From assembly GCA_000182565.2 (NCBI GenBank), contig KQ257450.1: 64,000 nucleotides of DNA. One strand, 5' to 3'. Position 1 is the stretch's first letter. The number at the start of each line of letters is the position of its first letter. The position numbers and the translations under genes were made by a program. Source of the DNA: Spizellomyces punctatus DAOM BR117 (lineage: Eukaryota). Of this stretch, positions 1 through 14,714 are shown piece by piece. A model generated the notes under the pieces. That model was not told the origin of the DNA. It saw nothing but the letters and a program-made list of their open reading frames with translations, and ran no database searches.

Positions 1-3000
1 TGACAACAACTTTGTTCGATGCCGGACAGTCAGGGGTGGATGTTTACATAACGGAAATGCACTGGTTCCCAGTACCACCTGGAAAAGGAGGACAGACCGC
101 GGCTGAGGTTTTTGCAGCGGGTGCGACGGATGGTAGGGCATTTGGAACGGTGCACCAGACTCAGTTGGTTGTCCTTCCATCAACGCCACTCATCACTTGG
201 CTCCTTTCAGGAAAGTACTACCTGTGTACCAAAGCGGGTAGGGTAGAGAAAGTAGTGGAAGCGCACAAAGGCGCCCTATTATGTTTGCGATGGAACAATG
301 AAGGGTCCGCACTGATTACTGGTACGAAGCCTTGAAGGATTTTGAGTGCAGGCCGAATTACAGATCTTTATTCATGTTCACATCGGCTCAGCGGGAGAAG
401 ATGGACACGTGAAGATATGGTCCAGGAGCGGCATGCTGCGATCTGTCCTAGTGCAGATTGGTATGTATGGTCCCCTTTCGAAGAACTGTTCTCTGCAATG
501 GCTAAGAATGTACTGGCAGGTTATCCAATTTATTCCCTTTCATGGTCGCCCGACAATGACCAAGTACTTTTTACAAACGGACGGAACCTTATAATAAAAT
601 CTCTGCAGCCTGCGAGTAAGCCAAATCAGGTCCGTTTCTCGAACCATGAGTGATCGCCTTGAATTACAATGTATTGATAGAACTTTATAAGAACAGTGGA
701 AAGGACACGATGGAATTATCCTTAAAGTCGACTGGAACTTGGTAAATGGGCTCATTCTCTCCGCTGGTGAAGACAGAAAATACAAGGTAAAGAAGACAAT
801 AGCTTGTGCACATCTGTTTCCGTCAGTGGCTTAGACAAATACTAGGTCTGGGACAGCTTCGGCAGACAATTGTATTCGAGCAATCCTCATGATCACCCCA
901 TTACATCCATTTCGTGGAATCCGAGTGGAGACCTGTTTGCGGTGGGATCATATAACTCGCTACGAGTTTGTGACAAGCTAGGGGTGAGTATGCGTGAGCG
1001 TCCTGCCTTGGAATTCCATCAATTGTCTGCCTTTCCGCTTAGGCTTGTATACCATTACCATAACAGTGGTCTGTTGCGATGGAGAAACTGAATAGTGGAT
1101 CCATCTTTAACATCTCTTGGACTCCCGACGGCACGCAAATGGCTTGTGCTGGAGGTTCTGGTGCAGTGGTGTTTGCACATGTAATAAACAGGTAAGAAGC
1201 AGGAAAGTTGGTCTTGCTGTAGACCAAAGCAAGCAATCTCAAGATGGGCGTAAGTCGTATGGAATGCTAATCGAGCTCCTAGGCGTTACGAATGGAAAAA
1301 TCATGAAGTAACCCTGTTAGATGACCATACAATACATGTTCATGACGCAGTGAATGGCTCTACAGAGAACCTAGGTATTATGGCTCCGTGATATGCACAA
1401 CTGGACGGCGTGGTTGCTAAACATGTAGTTGTCAATCTTGCGAGAAGATTTCCGCGACCGTGTCGTGAAAGTGTCCCTTGGCTTTGGTTATCTCGTTGTT
1501 GCGACATCTTCGCAGTGTCACGTTTACAGTGAACGGAACTGGAACACACCGGCTATTGTAGACTTGACGAACAATGGAAGAGTAACTTGCATACAACAGT
1601 GTCCTGAGTAAGTACGGACCTCACAATCTATATCCTTCGGCTACCAAGACCGCACGACGCTGACATTGTTTGCAGGTATTTTGTTCTGGTAGACACTGTG
1701 ACGGGCATTCAAATATTTTCGTACGAAGGTCGATTGGCTAGCTCCCCGAAGTATGCTGGATTGCGAGCAGAATGCGTGACACCGCAGACGATATCCATTT
1801 CCGGAGACGTGCTCGCGGTCAAGGACAAAGCTGACGAGAAAAGTATGTTCAGACAATGCTCGTATAACTGCATTCCTAACAGCCATTCACTAGCTATATA
1901 TATCTTCGAGAGTGCTTCTGGTCGTCCCCTTGGCAATGGCACCATTAAACACACAGCCGACATTGCGGAAATTGGGCTGAATCAGTGTGCATCTACCGTC
2001 GGCAGACAGTTGGTCTTGGTTGATAAAAATAGAAATATGTACATTACACCTTTGGTGAAACCAGATCTCAAAAAGCTGGGTAAGTCATCAAGGCTGAATG
2101 TCCGGTAAGATAATTCTGATCTTGCTGAACATGGTTCATAGGTACAATGGTAGAAACATTTGCCTGGAATGCTGATACCGATCTGCTTGTGGCGATGATG
2201 GACTATAAGTTTGTTGTCTGGTATTACCCGAACGTGGTCTTCATCGACGAAGACATCGCACCTTTGACAAAATTTGAAAAGGATGGAAGGTACGTGATTC
2301 TAGGCAACGCATTGGCATGGGCAACGGCCGCGGTACGAAATAATCAGCAATCTTCTAGCAATTTTGGAAAAAACGCCCAGATTGTAAACTTCTTTGGCAC
2401 GCAATGCACCCTTCGCCGCGCTGATGGGGCGCTGGTCACCGTTAGGTTGGTGCGTGCATTTCGCTCTGATTATCCTTGGTATTAAACAACTCATTTGGAT
2501 GAATATAAAGCAACATTACCCCGCTCCCTGGGTTATTACAAGAACACACCCGGAAAAAGCAATGGGAAGAAGCAATACGCCTATGTCGATATGTGAATGT
2601 AAGCTCCCTGTCGGACCTACTTTTCATAGACGCTAACTTTGACCTTTCTGCGACGCTAGATAAAAGAACTATGGGCGTGTCTGGCAGCCATGGCCATACA
2701 TGGACAGGACTTGCATACTGCGGAAGTGGCATATGCTGCAATTGATGAAATTGCCAAAGTCCAGTACATCACATATGTTCGCGATATTCCTATCGCAGAA
2801 GCACGAGCTGCCGAATTGGCACTTTTGCGACGACGACCATCTGAAGCTGAGAACATTTTATTGTCAGCAAATCTGGTATATAGAGCGATTAGAATGTGGA
2901 TTGGGTTATTCAATTGGGAGAGGTAATGGTAAATCTACATATCGCTTTCTTTGCTTCATGTCCTAATCTTGCCACATCTGCGTTTGTTAGAGCATTAGAG

Positions 3001-3266
3001 CTGGCCATCAAGTACAAGACACATGTTGACACTGTTCTCTATTTCCGGGACAAGTACCTCAAAGCTGTCGGTCGGCGAGAGACAAATAGGAAATTTGTAC
3101 AATATGGACAGAGTGTAAGGCCCTGCCAACTTCCACCCAGCATCCGCCCAGGACAGTTCCGTCTAACTCCTTCTTTCTATCGCAGGTTCAAGTGGACTGG
3201 GCAAAAATCCAAGCCAAAATAGCTATGGAGGAAGAAAGCGACCGTCAGCGATCGACAACGAGATGA
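1..3266 (+). CDS. IFT80: Intraflagellar transport protein 80 (WD40 plus C-terminal helical region), multi-exon, 5' end lies outside the window
   Basis: Exon peptides [94 protein letters not shown] and [20 protein letters not shown] are characteristic of IFT80. Short GT-AG introns join them; stop TGA at 3264-3266. Confidence 0.93.
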
Positions 3267-3590
3267 ATTATTCTTGTGATGAACAAATCTATCACGTAAT
3301 CTTAGACTTCACTCTAAATATGACTGTGCCACTTATTGGCTGCCATGCCTACGGCCTTCGCGTCTTGTCCAGCATTTGAAGAACGTGTTTTGAACTTTGA
3401 GAGATTCGTTGCAACGACACACTTGGCGCATTTGATTTCCAACGTCGTTTATAGACTGCATTACCTAGAGCCAACCAGACCTCCGTCCAAAGAGCTTTGT
3501 CTGTCTCGCACGGATTCTCACTTTCGCGTAAACGCCCTATAATTCAAGGCTGAGCAACACTGTGGTGGGGCTAGAGATCACTCGCTCATT

Positions 3591-5942
3591 ATGGACTCTC
3601 AAAAACCCGACATTAACGGCACCAATCACCCCGACGAGACTGCCAATGAATTAAACTATGACAATGAGCAAGGCTCAGATGCTTCCATAGCGGGGAACAC
3701 TGATATGGATGTAGACACTGATGCGGGTGTTGAAAGAGGAGATTCTAGACTGGGTGACGACTCTGCTACCGAGCCACGAGAACGAGGCGACGTAAATCGT
3801 ACGGATAATGACGATTCCAATGCGCAAACGGTTGCAAGCGGCGCTGGAGATGAAGCAGCGCCGAATGCGGATGCAGGTGGGATAGGTAAGTTTGAAAAAT
3901 CCTCGAAACCAATATAATCAAAATCATCAACTCAGTCCCTTATAGACGGGAGTGGGATGAATGTCAGGCTGGCTGAAATTGACGCGGGGCCGGCAACCGC
4001 TAGCAAAATGCTCGTGCCTCAGTCGCAAGAAATTATTATACCCAGCTACACGGCATGGTTCAACATGTCCCGCATCCATGACATAGAAAAACGCTCTCTA
4101 CCAGAATTCTTTAACAACAAGAACAAGAGCAAGACTCCCAGCGTTTACAAAGATTATCGAGACTTCATGATCAACACGTATCGGTTAAACCCATCAGAAT
4201 ATTTGACAGTGACCGCATGTAGAAGAAATCTGGCTGGAGATGTTTGTGCCATAATAAGAGTACATGCGTTTCTTGAGCAGTGGGGCTTGGTTAATTACCA
4301 GGTGAGAGAGCCTTGTTGTAAGCTCTTTGAATATTGTAACCCACCTGTCTATTCTTCCTCGCTCGTCTAGGTGGATGCGGATTCGCGGCCATCTACAGTG
4401 GGCCCTGCTTTCACTGGCCATTTCCGCGTGACAGCTGATACCCCTCGTGGCCTGCAACCAATTTATCCCTCCGTACCCTTGCTGAAGACCGAACCGCGCA
4501 CGCCTCAACGTCCCGCGGACCGCGAATTGGTTGATAATAGCATGGGTTCCAAAGCCCCACCTGTGAACCTCCAGTTTTCCAAAAATATATATGCGGACGC
4601 CATCGCTCAAAGCCCTCGAAAACATGCCTTAGAAGCGGAGGATGAAGAAGCTGCTCAAACACCTCCAGCAAAGAAAGTGAAGCATAACTGCGCAACTTGC
4701 GGTGTTGACTGCACCCGTCTTCGATATCACAGTACGAAAACACCAACAATGGAGATCTGCACAAACTGCTACATTGAAGGCCGTTTTCCGTCAAATATGT
4801 ATTCAGGGGATTTCATTAAAATGGAAGATCGTCCAACCAAGCAAGCTGCTGAGGATGACTGGACAGAGCAAGAAACATTGCTGTTATTGGAAGGCATCGA
4901 GCTTTTCGATGAAGATTGGAACAAAGTTGCCGATCATGTTGGAACTCGAACGCGCGACCAGTGCATATTGAAGTTCCTACAGCTCCCTATAGAAGATCCC
5001 TACGTTGGGGTAAAATCAAGCGACCTGGGACCGCTCCAATTTCATCGTGTTCCTTTCTCAGCAGCTGACAATCCTGTTTTGAGTTTGACTGCTTTCCTGG
5101 CTTCGGTGGTAGATCCAAAAGTTGCAGCTGCTGCGTCAAGGGCCGCAGCTGAAGAATTGGAGAAGGCGACAAGCACAAAGGAAATCAAGGAATCTAAGCC
5201 ATCCGAGACGCAGACAGAAGGAGAAGACAGAGAAAATATCACCAAAGAAACTGCAAGCGCAAACAAACAGGGTACCCCGACGACCCAGGAGAAGGTGGAA
5301 GACTCAGAGCTAGCGGAAGAGAAGCCACCTGTCCCTGCAGCAGAAGGAGCATCGCACGATGTGAACGCCACTGCTGACGCAATGAACATTGATCAAGTAG
5401 AATCAGAAGCACCGGAGGCTGTTTCAACTCATCAACCCACTACAGTACAGGACGGCGAGCCAGGTGGGACCCGTCCCGATGCGCTACTTCAGAAATCAGC
5501 TGCGACCGCGATCGCGTCCGCCGGAGCCAAAGCACATGCATTGGGAGGTCATGCGACATCAGAATTACACGCGCTGACGCTTGCGTTGATCCAGACACAA
5601 ATGCGGAAATTGGAGGCGAAGATGCTTCATTTCGAAGAAATGGAAGCGGTCCTCGAACACGAGCGAAAAGAGATTGAAAGAGAGAAACAGCGATTATACA
5701 TGGATAGGCTAGCATTTCGAAGAACGGTGTTGAACTGGGAAGCCAGACACGCGTTCTCATCAGAGAAGGAGAATCACCATACTAATGAGAACCGAAATTA
5801 TAGTAATGTGATGAAAGGCAGTGGTTTCGGTGAACTTGGCAATGCAGCTGGAGCGATGAGGGTGGAGTTTGGAGCACAGAGTGGACAAGAAGTAGGTCCA
5901 CTGTCAAGGGAAGGAGAAGGATTTTTGATCTCCATCGGATAG
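3591..5942 (+). CDS. SWI3: SWI/SNF-RSC subunit of the SWI3/Rsc8/SMARCC family (SWIRM, ZZ zinc finger, SANT, leucine zipper)
   Basis: [15 protein letters not shown]...[49 protein letters not shown] zinc finger; [29 protein letters not shown]. Two introns near 3886-3945 and 4302-4370. Confidence 0.93.
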
Positions 5943-6441
5943 CGGCTGAATAGGGAGTGCATGTGGTGTAAAATTGGGCTCGTGTAGTTGAATGCATTTG
6001 AAGAGAAGTGTATAATAGGCGGTAATATGAGTTGAATCGCAAATTTCCAATAATAAGGCGTCATTCTTCTCATCTGCCGACTTACTGATTCGGGACATTC
6101 AGATAGCTCAGGAGAGCCTATGTTTCTTGTCACAGGCACCCTGCTCCTCAAACCATGTCAACGCGTTGATATACATCGCACAACGCATCTGAAGGAATGA
6201 TCTGACCCTTTCGTCATATATACACCAAAAACGAGACACCAAAAGGTCGCTGAGCAGGATCGCCATCAGCAGCCGATACAATGATTGAATCATCCCACAG
6301 CAGGCGCTTATTCACCGCAATGGAAATGTGCCACATATATTTGTCTTAATGGGATGCGCAAGAGGAGAAATATTATAATACACCAACGATAAACAGAAAA
6401 GGAAACAACAATAGTTCAAGCAACATACGCCTTCCTACAAA

Positions 6442-9400
6442 TCATGACCACATTGTATCATACCCTGCAACCTTTAGTATCCTCTCCGTCGCCTCGTCAA
6501 ACGTCCCGGGCTTGTACTTTCCACTCTGCCAATTTGAATCGGACGTCTGTTGTGCGTATTCATATCCACCAAGGTAATCCTCTTTTGACGGGCATGACTG
6601 ACGGTAAAGATTTGAGAGGACGTCATACAATATCCAAGGAAAACTGTAAAATTGTCCGCGCATGTCCCAATCGATCCTCTCGTACTCTGCATCCGACTTT
6701 TCATTCGCTTTCCGGCGCCTGTCCGCTGCAATTGTTTCTTCATTTTCCTCACCAGGATCGTCCCGATGAACTTGAGTCTCAGAAGGGTTGTAAGCTGCCA
6801 TGTACCACGCCGATGCCTTGCAACATATTTCTCTTGGCAATGGCGTTTCAAATCCAATCACAGACTCCTTATTCATGAGCAGTGATTTATCTTGGTTGGG
6901 TACAAGGTCCTGTGTCCAGAATCGCTCCCGATAACGTCTCTGGATCGCGAGAACCGCGTGCATCACCTGCTCCTTAAGCTCTTGAGGGCGCTTTTTTAAT
7001 TCTAATTCCGATAGCTTGAATATGTAGCCGGACACAAGCTCGAATTCGGATCTGCCAGGGGAAAGAGTATGAACAGACGGAAACACTGAGATTATATCCC
7101 CATCGCTATTCTTACTTGATACTGTATTGATTCATGAGAGCACAAATTTCCGTATCATACTGCATCTTTTGATCGCGAGCGTCTTGTAGATATTGCTCAT
7201 ACCCTGGAAAAATAAGCTGCGGAAGCGGCTGGAATTCTTTCGATAGTTCAAGGTCCACAGACACGCTTCGATATATTTCCCCGGCAGCCTTTTCGCTTCG
7301 GTAGGACTTGGCTTCCGGCTTTTCCATGTAATCCGGCCATGTTTTGGGACGCAGCGCGCTTTCCATGATAGCGGGGATACCCTACCGACAAACGAGTTCG
7401 GAGTTAGCATGACCCATTTTGTAAGCATGACAGAATTTTGCGGTACTGCTTAGACCTTTTTCGCAAAGTCGACAGCATCAGAGTGCAGTTCAGCTAATCT
7501 CAAGGCACGCGGGTCTCTAGCACCTATATCACTTTTATCAGCCCACGCCTTCCATGCGTTATCAATTTGGCCTAGATTGTTGTTCTTCAGATAATTGATA
7601 AAATGTCTGAAATATCAAACGATCAGTGAGTGGCTGGGAAGGGAAGCCAGGTGCTCGATGCGAAGGTGCCTACCGCCTAACTTGAGCTATATTGCTTCCT
7701 TGGGGATGTGCAGGGGCGGCAGCGGCGTAATCCATGGGTTTATGGGTCTTCTTGGGGATGAGGCGAGGATCCCATGTGACGAAGAATGTATCGCCGTCAA
7801 GGTCGCCGCCAGAGAGCATATCTGGTAACGGCCTTTCACCGTGCTGTGAGAAAACGACCACATCCACAAGGTGATGCAACTGTATTCGATTTTGTCACGT
7901 TATTGCATACGACCTGCCAATGTTTTTTAAGCTTTTTATACCTCCGGAATATCCACACAATCAACCACTTGAACGTCTCCTGGATGCAGACATGGCGCGC
8001 GCATTATAGCCGCACGACCCTAAAATCCGCCATGTGAGCTTTGCGAGAAACCAATCTCAATGTGTCTGATGGTTACTTTGACAATCTCCCTAGCGTCCGT
8101 CAGCGGATTTGTAAACTGAACGAACAAGTTCCCCGCTGGTAGTTTACCGCTTTCATCCATTACGCCGATCAGAGTGCATCCTTGTTTGACAAGAATTTTG
8201 GCCCTTCTCTTCAGCTCTCGTAGCTAGCGGAATAAAAGTGAAAGGGCTTAGGTTACAAAAGACTGCAGCCTGTGAATAGCCATATTTGACTTGGAATCGT
8301 ACCTGAAGAGCGCGAAAAAGCTTTAAAAGGTTCATCAAATATGGCTCCTTGGCATCGAAGAAGCCAGCCTTGATCATTGTTATCAAAGTATGACACACTC
8401 CTTCTTCATCTTGGTTTTCACTCAAGACTTTAATGGCATCAGCTGGGTTTTGGAGTGCCCGATCAAGGTCTCGAATTGTCTCGTCGCGCAGATCCAAGAA
8501 CACCTGTGGTTGTCAAATTTGGTGAACGTACGCACTAGCAAATGGCTCTGTACAGTGGTGTACCTGCTTGTGGACACCAAGTGTTTCAAGTAGAATGACG
8601 TACTGATGGTTGAGGTAGCCAGGACTATAAAAACTAGTGCGGCAAACCTCTAGAGCATAATGCCCGGATTTGAACCTGGAAAATCATCCGGCAATTCATA
8701 AGTTGTGCGGCATACTCATACACTTGGGCATGATGCAAAAAACGTACTTTACTTGGCTTGGCCGAAGATGTACCTCGTTCCTTGGTATGTTGTGGTCGAC
8801 TGTAAGAACTGTATGAAGAGGGGAAACTAGTGAACCACTTTTCTTGCGTCGCGGCGCGTTTGACGTATAACCCACCTCCTTTGGCACCAGCCATGCGAAA
8901 CTGTATCAATAGGAGAGGATGGCGAGATGTGCAGATGCTTCAGTACGATAATCCATATCTCGGCGCTGGGCGGGATGGTCCCATCTTACCTGGAACGCAG
9001 AAGGTAGTCTACCTCTCACTCGCATATATCTAGAGATGATAGATCCGAATATTAATGACACTCATCAGCAACCCTACTTGAAATTTGACAACTGACTTTT
9101 TGAGTTCCCCACAGTTATTGAACGCAACAGTCTTTCCTATTCGGCCCACCCCATCACTGAAGCAAAAACCATTCTTCTCAATATCAGGAATATACCGAAT
9201 GCGTTCGTCCGCCATTTTGCCAGTCACCGTTGTAGAGCTGAAGCATTGGGCCATTCTATCAATTGATTAGATCCAGATGATTGTTAGCACAGACAAAATT
9301 TATTAGCACGTATCAGGACGTACCGAGCGCCTAATGTCGCTGGATTATTGATGCCAGTGAAATCGCCCATGGTCTTGTAAACATAGTTGGCGTCAATCAA

Positions 9401-11490
9401 AACTCTTTTCTCATCATGGAAAAAAGGAGAAATGAACCAGCATCCAGAGGTTCTCATGGAGCTAGGTGTGAAAATACATAAGTGAATATTGATATAATGC
9501 TGACGAACAAGCACGAAGCGAACCTATTCGAGTAATGCAGAAACTGAAATGTTTTCCCGGCAACGGGGAGCCCCGCTGCAAAAATGGCCTCAATCCGATT
9601 GAAGAGAAGGTCTGTGTGGACTCCACTCATTTGGGTGAAATCATCATCACAGAATGTGACTCGCATAAACTGATTGTGATACGCTTTGTACGTTCGCAAT
9701 ATACGGTTAGCAAGCTCAAGCTGTGGCCCCAGATAATACATCTTTGTTGGCGTGATGATGGCCTTTAGCAATAATCATCATTCTTAATTAGCAGGATTCA
9801 CCAAAAATGTAAGTATATCATTCACTCCACTCACTTTTCGGACCATTCTCTGGTTGTAATTCAGCTTCTCATTATGTTGGATCTACAGGGTGATAACACT
9901 CCAGGTTAGTTGAATCGGCATCACCGGAAACGCTTTCCAGAGCATTCACCTTGTGGATGATCCTGGCTGTGTCCTTCAACTGCTCCCTGAACACTTGCTT
10001 CGGATTCCAAATTTGCCTTTTGGGTTGCATCATCTGTTCCAAAATACCCTCGGCTATGTGATGAGGCACAGAGTTCAGGAGGTCAATGAATTCATCATCC
10101 ACAGCAAACTCAGATATGTTGCTGTGCGAGACGAGTCCTAATAATTTGAACTTTACGTATCTTTTGCAAGTCATGAGTTCCAAAGAGATGATATTGAGCA
10201 TGTTCAAAACAGGCACTCACGGATTCAGCGGCGCTTCTAGCACATTACAACGAGGGGGAGCATCTTCCACTGAGACAAACTCGATGCGCGTGTATCGTTG
10301 CCGATCCAACACGAGTCCAAATTCGGCCAGGCGATCCAGTACCGCCAAGAAACGGTCTTCTTCAGATCCTCGTTGCCCATCGACCCGCTCATACGTAAAA
10401 GTGTAACGGTGGTCCATGAAGCGACCAGTGTCCGGAACACGGCTAATGACACCAATCTTTTCCTCGTATCCCCGGAAAAACACGCCTGGGGGCAGCTCTT
10501 TGCCGGCAATGCTGCTAAACGCAATCCGTACCCAACCATGGCTTCTGCTTGAAGAAAGAGAAAACCGATCATTCTGCCTGAAAGATACGCGCGGTGGTAG
10601 ACTAAGAGAGGCCACCAAGTCATAATGGACACGGTTTCCGTCGTAGCGACAGTTCAATTTGAAGGTATCACGGATGCTGCGCATGTATTAGCATCTCCTT
10701 TATGGAATGGACTTGAAACAGAGGGCTTACTTTTTAAATTTATATTCCAGCTTATATTCCACGTCATTCCTTTTGAAGATTACACTGACAGCTAAACCGC
10801 AACGTGCGCAATGTTAATAGCCGCTTCTGGTCGAGAAGGTGATCAAATTCCATCACCTACCTTGCCAGTCTGTTATACATGTGACAGATACAGCAAAGAT
10901 CAATTCATGTCAGAACCCACGTTGATCTGTCAGTACCATTGCGCAAAGGACGTACCAGCGTATTCAAATATGAGGGTAACGTCCTGGGCCTGTGTCCATT
11001 GCTCACAGTATCGATCTACAGAGATGAAAGCGCCTAGCGCGAACCGATCCGCTTGAACACGGTCATCAGAGTATCCGGGATTAAGTTTGATGTTCTTGCG
11101 CCGGGTTGTATACTCCTCGACGCTATGCCGGCGGTCAAGCCGGACTTCCACCTGCCGTCCCCGAAAACTAAGATCAATTCTCTTCTGTTTTGTCAACATA
11201 TTTTCAATCTCCTTGGTCGGTTCTTCCAGAACGACAAAGGCATCCCCTGATGGGCGATCAGGACGTTCCCTGTGTTTGTGGAGAACGACAGTCCCAACTT
11301 TTCCAAAATTGCTAAAGAATGTGTGCACTTCTTCAGCTGTGAGGGTTTCGTCGACAGGAAGTCTGCGGACGAAAAGGGGAAGCCTATTTGTCGCCCCTCT
11401 GGCCGACGCCTGTGTTGACGTATTGCTATCGGATCTGTCATTGCTGGAGGTGGACAGGTCTTGACTAGGTTCTTTCGCCATAATTACCAT
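6442..11490 (-). CDS. Cellular RNA-dependent RNA polymerase (RNAi) with N-terminal RRM, multi-exon
   Basis: Catalytic LSGGDLDGDTFFVTWD; also FCFSDGVGRI, QFRMAGAKG, ITPTKMY...NRILR and C-terminal KASAWY...SFPWI. The first exon is RRM-like (LFVRRLP...FSNFGKV...GDAFV). Confidence 0.92.
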
Positions 11491-11832
11491 CAGTATTAGC
11501 GACTGTCAAAGCAACAAGGTGGTTTTGACGTGCGATGCGCAACTTGAAAACGTGCGAAAGACATGGGAAGCTTCCGCGCCTGTCAAATGCACCTCCATCG
11601 TGCGTGTGCTTACTCATCACATGTGGCTTGCGTTCTGTAAGCTATATTACCTGTCCATTGCCGTTAGACTTTTCATTGCAAATGTAGAGAACAACGATAG
11701 AGCATTTATTTCTGGTATATAACCCTATTCGACAGGAATCGCATGCCAAGGAGCTTAAACGTTCTACTTAAGATGTGGCTGCTTAAAACCCATTCGCGGG
11801 TGATACCAGCTGCTACGTACAAGAGTGCTACT

Positions 11833-12540
11833 TCATTTCAACAAACCTATAGAGTCCATACCCCTCAAACCGAGGCTAGAGCCCTTGCCAATCGGACCCT
11901 TCAAAAGTGCATACACGGCCGCACTGGGCCCGCCTACCAGCGGTAAAGCACCTAGCAAATGCTCACCCGTCTGCTTCCACACATCTTGATGCTTTACCAC
12001 ACGCCCGGAATCCCTTTGTACTGTCAGCCGCGTCACACACTCGATATCCACCTTTGTAGGGGATAGGGGCACGTAGTTTAACAGCTTCGGCAAGTAGTAT
12101 TTTTGCGTATTGGGAATCTCAATGCGAACCAAGGGCGATTGGGTCAACGATTGCGGAAGACCATCTTGACGAGCATCTTGTGCTGTAACGTTGTAGATTT
12201 TAATGTCACCAGCATTATGAGCTCGCGAGATCTCTATGCGAGGAAAGATGGACGGGAGGGAAGCAAATTGAGCTTCGCGATCGCGTGACGTGTACACGCG
12301 GAATATGGGATCCTCAAAGATAGCATCAGGATGGTAACGCTTCTTGAAGACATTCTTTTGTGTTGCGCTGTTTGGTGCAGCGTCTATGTGATATCAGATG
12401 AAGATGTTAGTAACCTACACGAGTCGGGTGAAAAAGTGCGCGCGCGTCTTACAGAGGGAGAAGACCTCATCCAACACATCCGTCAATCGGAAGGGGAGGG
12501 TCGACGGTGAAATGGTATCGCTGGAGGTAGATGCTGGCAT
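11833..12540 (-). CDS. Hypothetical protein, probable SnoaL/NTF2-like fold
   Basis: ATG at 12540 (MPASTSSDT) splices to YHPDAIFEDPIFRVYTSRDREAQFASL...GRVVKHQDVW, a motif pattern of NTF2/SnoaL-like proteins. Confidence 0.55.
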
Positions 12541-12763
12541 GATGAGAGTAGCACACAAAAGCGATGATGCGCCAAAAAGTCCTCAGGGGTAATCAAGGCG
12601 TCATTTGGCTCACCCAATCAAGTCACATGACACGAGCGGAATGACTTGCAGTTCGAGCCCAAAAGGTCTTATCATTTGACAAGAAGAGATTCTGGGGTGC
12701 CATTATACTAATCCGACGGGAAGCGAACATCTGGAATTAAACTGTATCTGGCGCTGGAATAAG

Positions 12764-13436
12764 ATGGCAGACTCGACGACAGTGGTCATATCCGTAGCAC
12801 TTATCATACTCTTCTTCCGATATATAGTATTTGGTATGACTTCTGAATCCGCATATCTGTCGAAACATTGACACTAACCTGCCTTTATTAGGCGGTCCCT
12901 CACAAAGCTCTTCTTCCAGCAACCGTACCACAGCCGCCCCAATCTCATCCACCCGTGCGTCCCCCATACGGCATGTTTCTCCCGATAAAGTAGATACTGT
13001 TTTATCAATGTTCCCCGCCTTTCCACGATCCACAATTGAGGCCGACCTAGCCCGCACTGGATCAGTGGAACAGACTTGCGAAAACATTCTAACTGGGGTG
13101 CTGGTACCACCTCCACAACCAATACCATCATCTTCAACGGGGTCGTCAAGTAGTTCAACTTTGTCAAAGTCGACCGGTACACCGTCTCATGCAGCGCTGA
13201 GTACGCTAATAAATGATACAAATGCACCCCTGTCAGAACCGCCGCGCATGTGGGAACAGACAGCGGAGGCTAGGGAGAAGAGTCTGAGGGCCCGTAAGGA
13301 ATATATGCTGAGACAGGCCAGACAGTAAGTGACCGAGTTGCCTTTTTGCAGTTCCCAAATGTTTGTTCATTCGGAGGCTTGTCGTAGGAAAATGTTGGAA
13401 AAACAGCAACGATCAAATGCAGTCAAGCAAGAATAG
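12764..13436 (+). CDS. Membrane-anchored CUE-domain protein (Cue1/Cue4-like ERAD factor)
   Basis: N-terminal transmembrane segment MADSTTVVISVALIILFFRYIVF; CUE motif VLSMFPAFPRSTIEADLARTGSVEQTCENIL; C-terminal W...REKSLRARKEYMLRQAR resembling the Ubc7-binding helix. Two introns. Confidence 0.8.
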
Positions 13437-13658
13437 AAACAAAGGGCATGTCCACGATATTGGTTATAGCTATCATCGAGGATTGATCAACAGAGCATAA
13501 AAAGGGTATACTTTCATAAAATGTGCATCCCCGTTCAGGTTCTGTGCAGAGAGTTAACCAGAAAGGAATTCATTGAGAGAAAGCCAAACATCAATATAAA
13601 AGAATATACAAAACATATAAATCTATCTACGTAATCATAACATGCACATTTCTGTATT

Positions 13659-14714
13659 CTACAAAGGAGGGGAAACTGCCGGACTATCATGCACCGCCAC
13701 GGATCTTGGGATTTCGCCCGCCTCCTGAGGTTCTGGCAACAGAATGCTGCTAGAGGTTGATGCTTGTCCATCCCGTTCGTGATCTGTTTCAACTCCATCT
13801 TTCGGCTCGGCAGTGCCATACTCAAGGACCATCACCTTCGTTTCTACACTACTTAAAGACCCCGCCCTTTCTCTACTTCCCTCGACCATCAAATCTGTCA
13901 TCGGAACAGCGCTTTGTTGTTGTGGACCTGTCTCCGCATCCGGTGTAGTCTCTCCCGTCCACCATCTCCGCCAACTCTGTGTAGTTCCTCTTGAAGAACT
14001 AGACTCTGTTCGTCTTGCTGGATATAGCGGAAGAGGTTCATCGTATCTTACGGCAGTTTCGTCATAGTCGGGAGCAGATCGCAAAGGAGCTCCATGCATG
14101 ACAACGTCATTAAGTTCATCGATTGGAAGTGAGTCAAGGATTCCCATCTTAAAGACACGAGTGAGGCGCTTGAATCGTGTGTGATCTGTAGGATAAAGGT
14201 CAACACATCTGTGGACGACTTTGGCATCTTCTAATATTTATAACTTACATGCATAGATGATGGCAAAGAGCATCATAACCCATAGAACGACGGCAACCCA
14301 TGTGTACGGTGTCATTTTACCTTTAACTTCATTTGCAATTGCATAATACTGAAGCAGCAAACAATGTCAAAAAAAAGGTTGCTCAAACTTGAAGTAAAGT
14401 ATATTTACCAGTATGAACCCAAAGGACGGAATCCATGTCAGCAACGGTACGCCATACGTCTTTCTTAATCTACTCCTGTATTGGACATATAACTTGCGTT
14501 GAATCTCCGGGTCAGGCCCATAGGCGGGTGGAACGGAGCGAATGGAGATTGGATAATGAGGAGGTTGGGTATACGTTTCCGTCGCTGCGCCAAAAGTCGG
14601 TGACGGATCAGGTTGGTAGCGCGGTGGGAGGAGTGCAGGTGGTGGAGGTGATGGCTGCCCGAATTGCCCTGGCGTGTCCTCCGTCGGGGTAGGTTGGGAA
14701 GGGTGGGAAGACAT
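13659..14714 (-). CDS. Hypothetical membrane protein with several PPxY motifs
   Basis: Pro-rich N-terminus containing PPRY, PPHY and PPAY; hydrophobic segments LLTWIPSFGFILVNILYF and WVAVVLWVMMLFAIIY; spliced to an acidic low-complexity tail (ORF 13659-14147). Confidence 0.55.
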
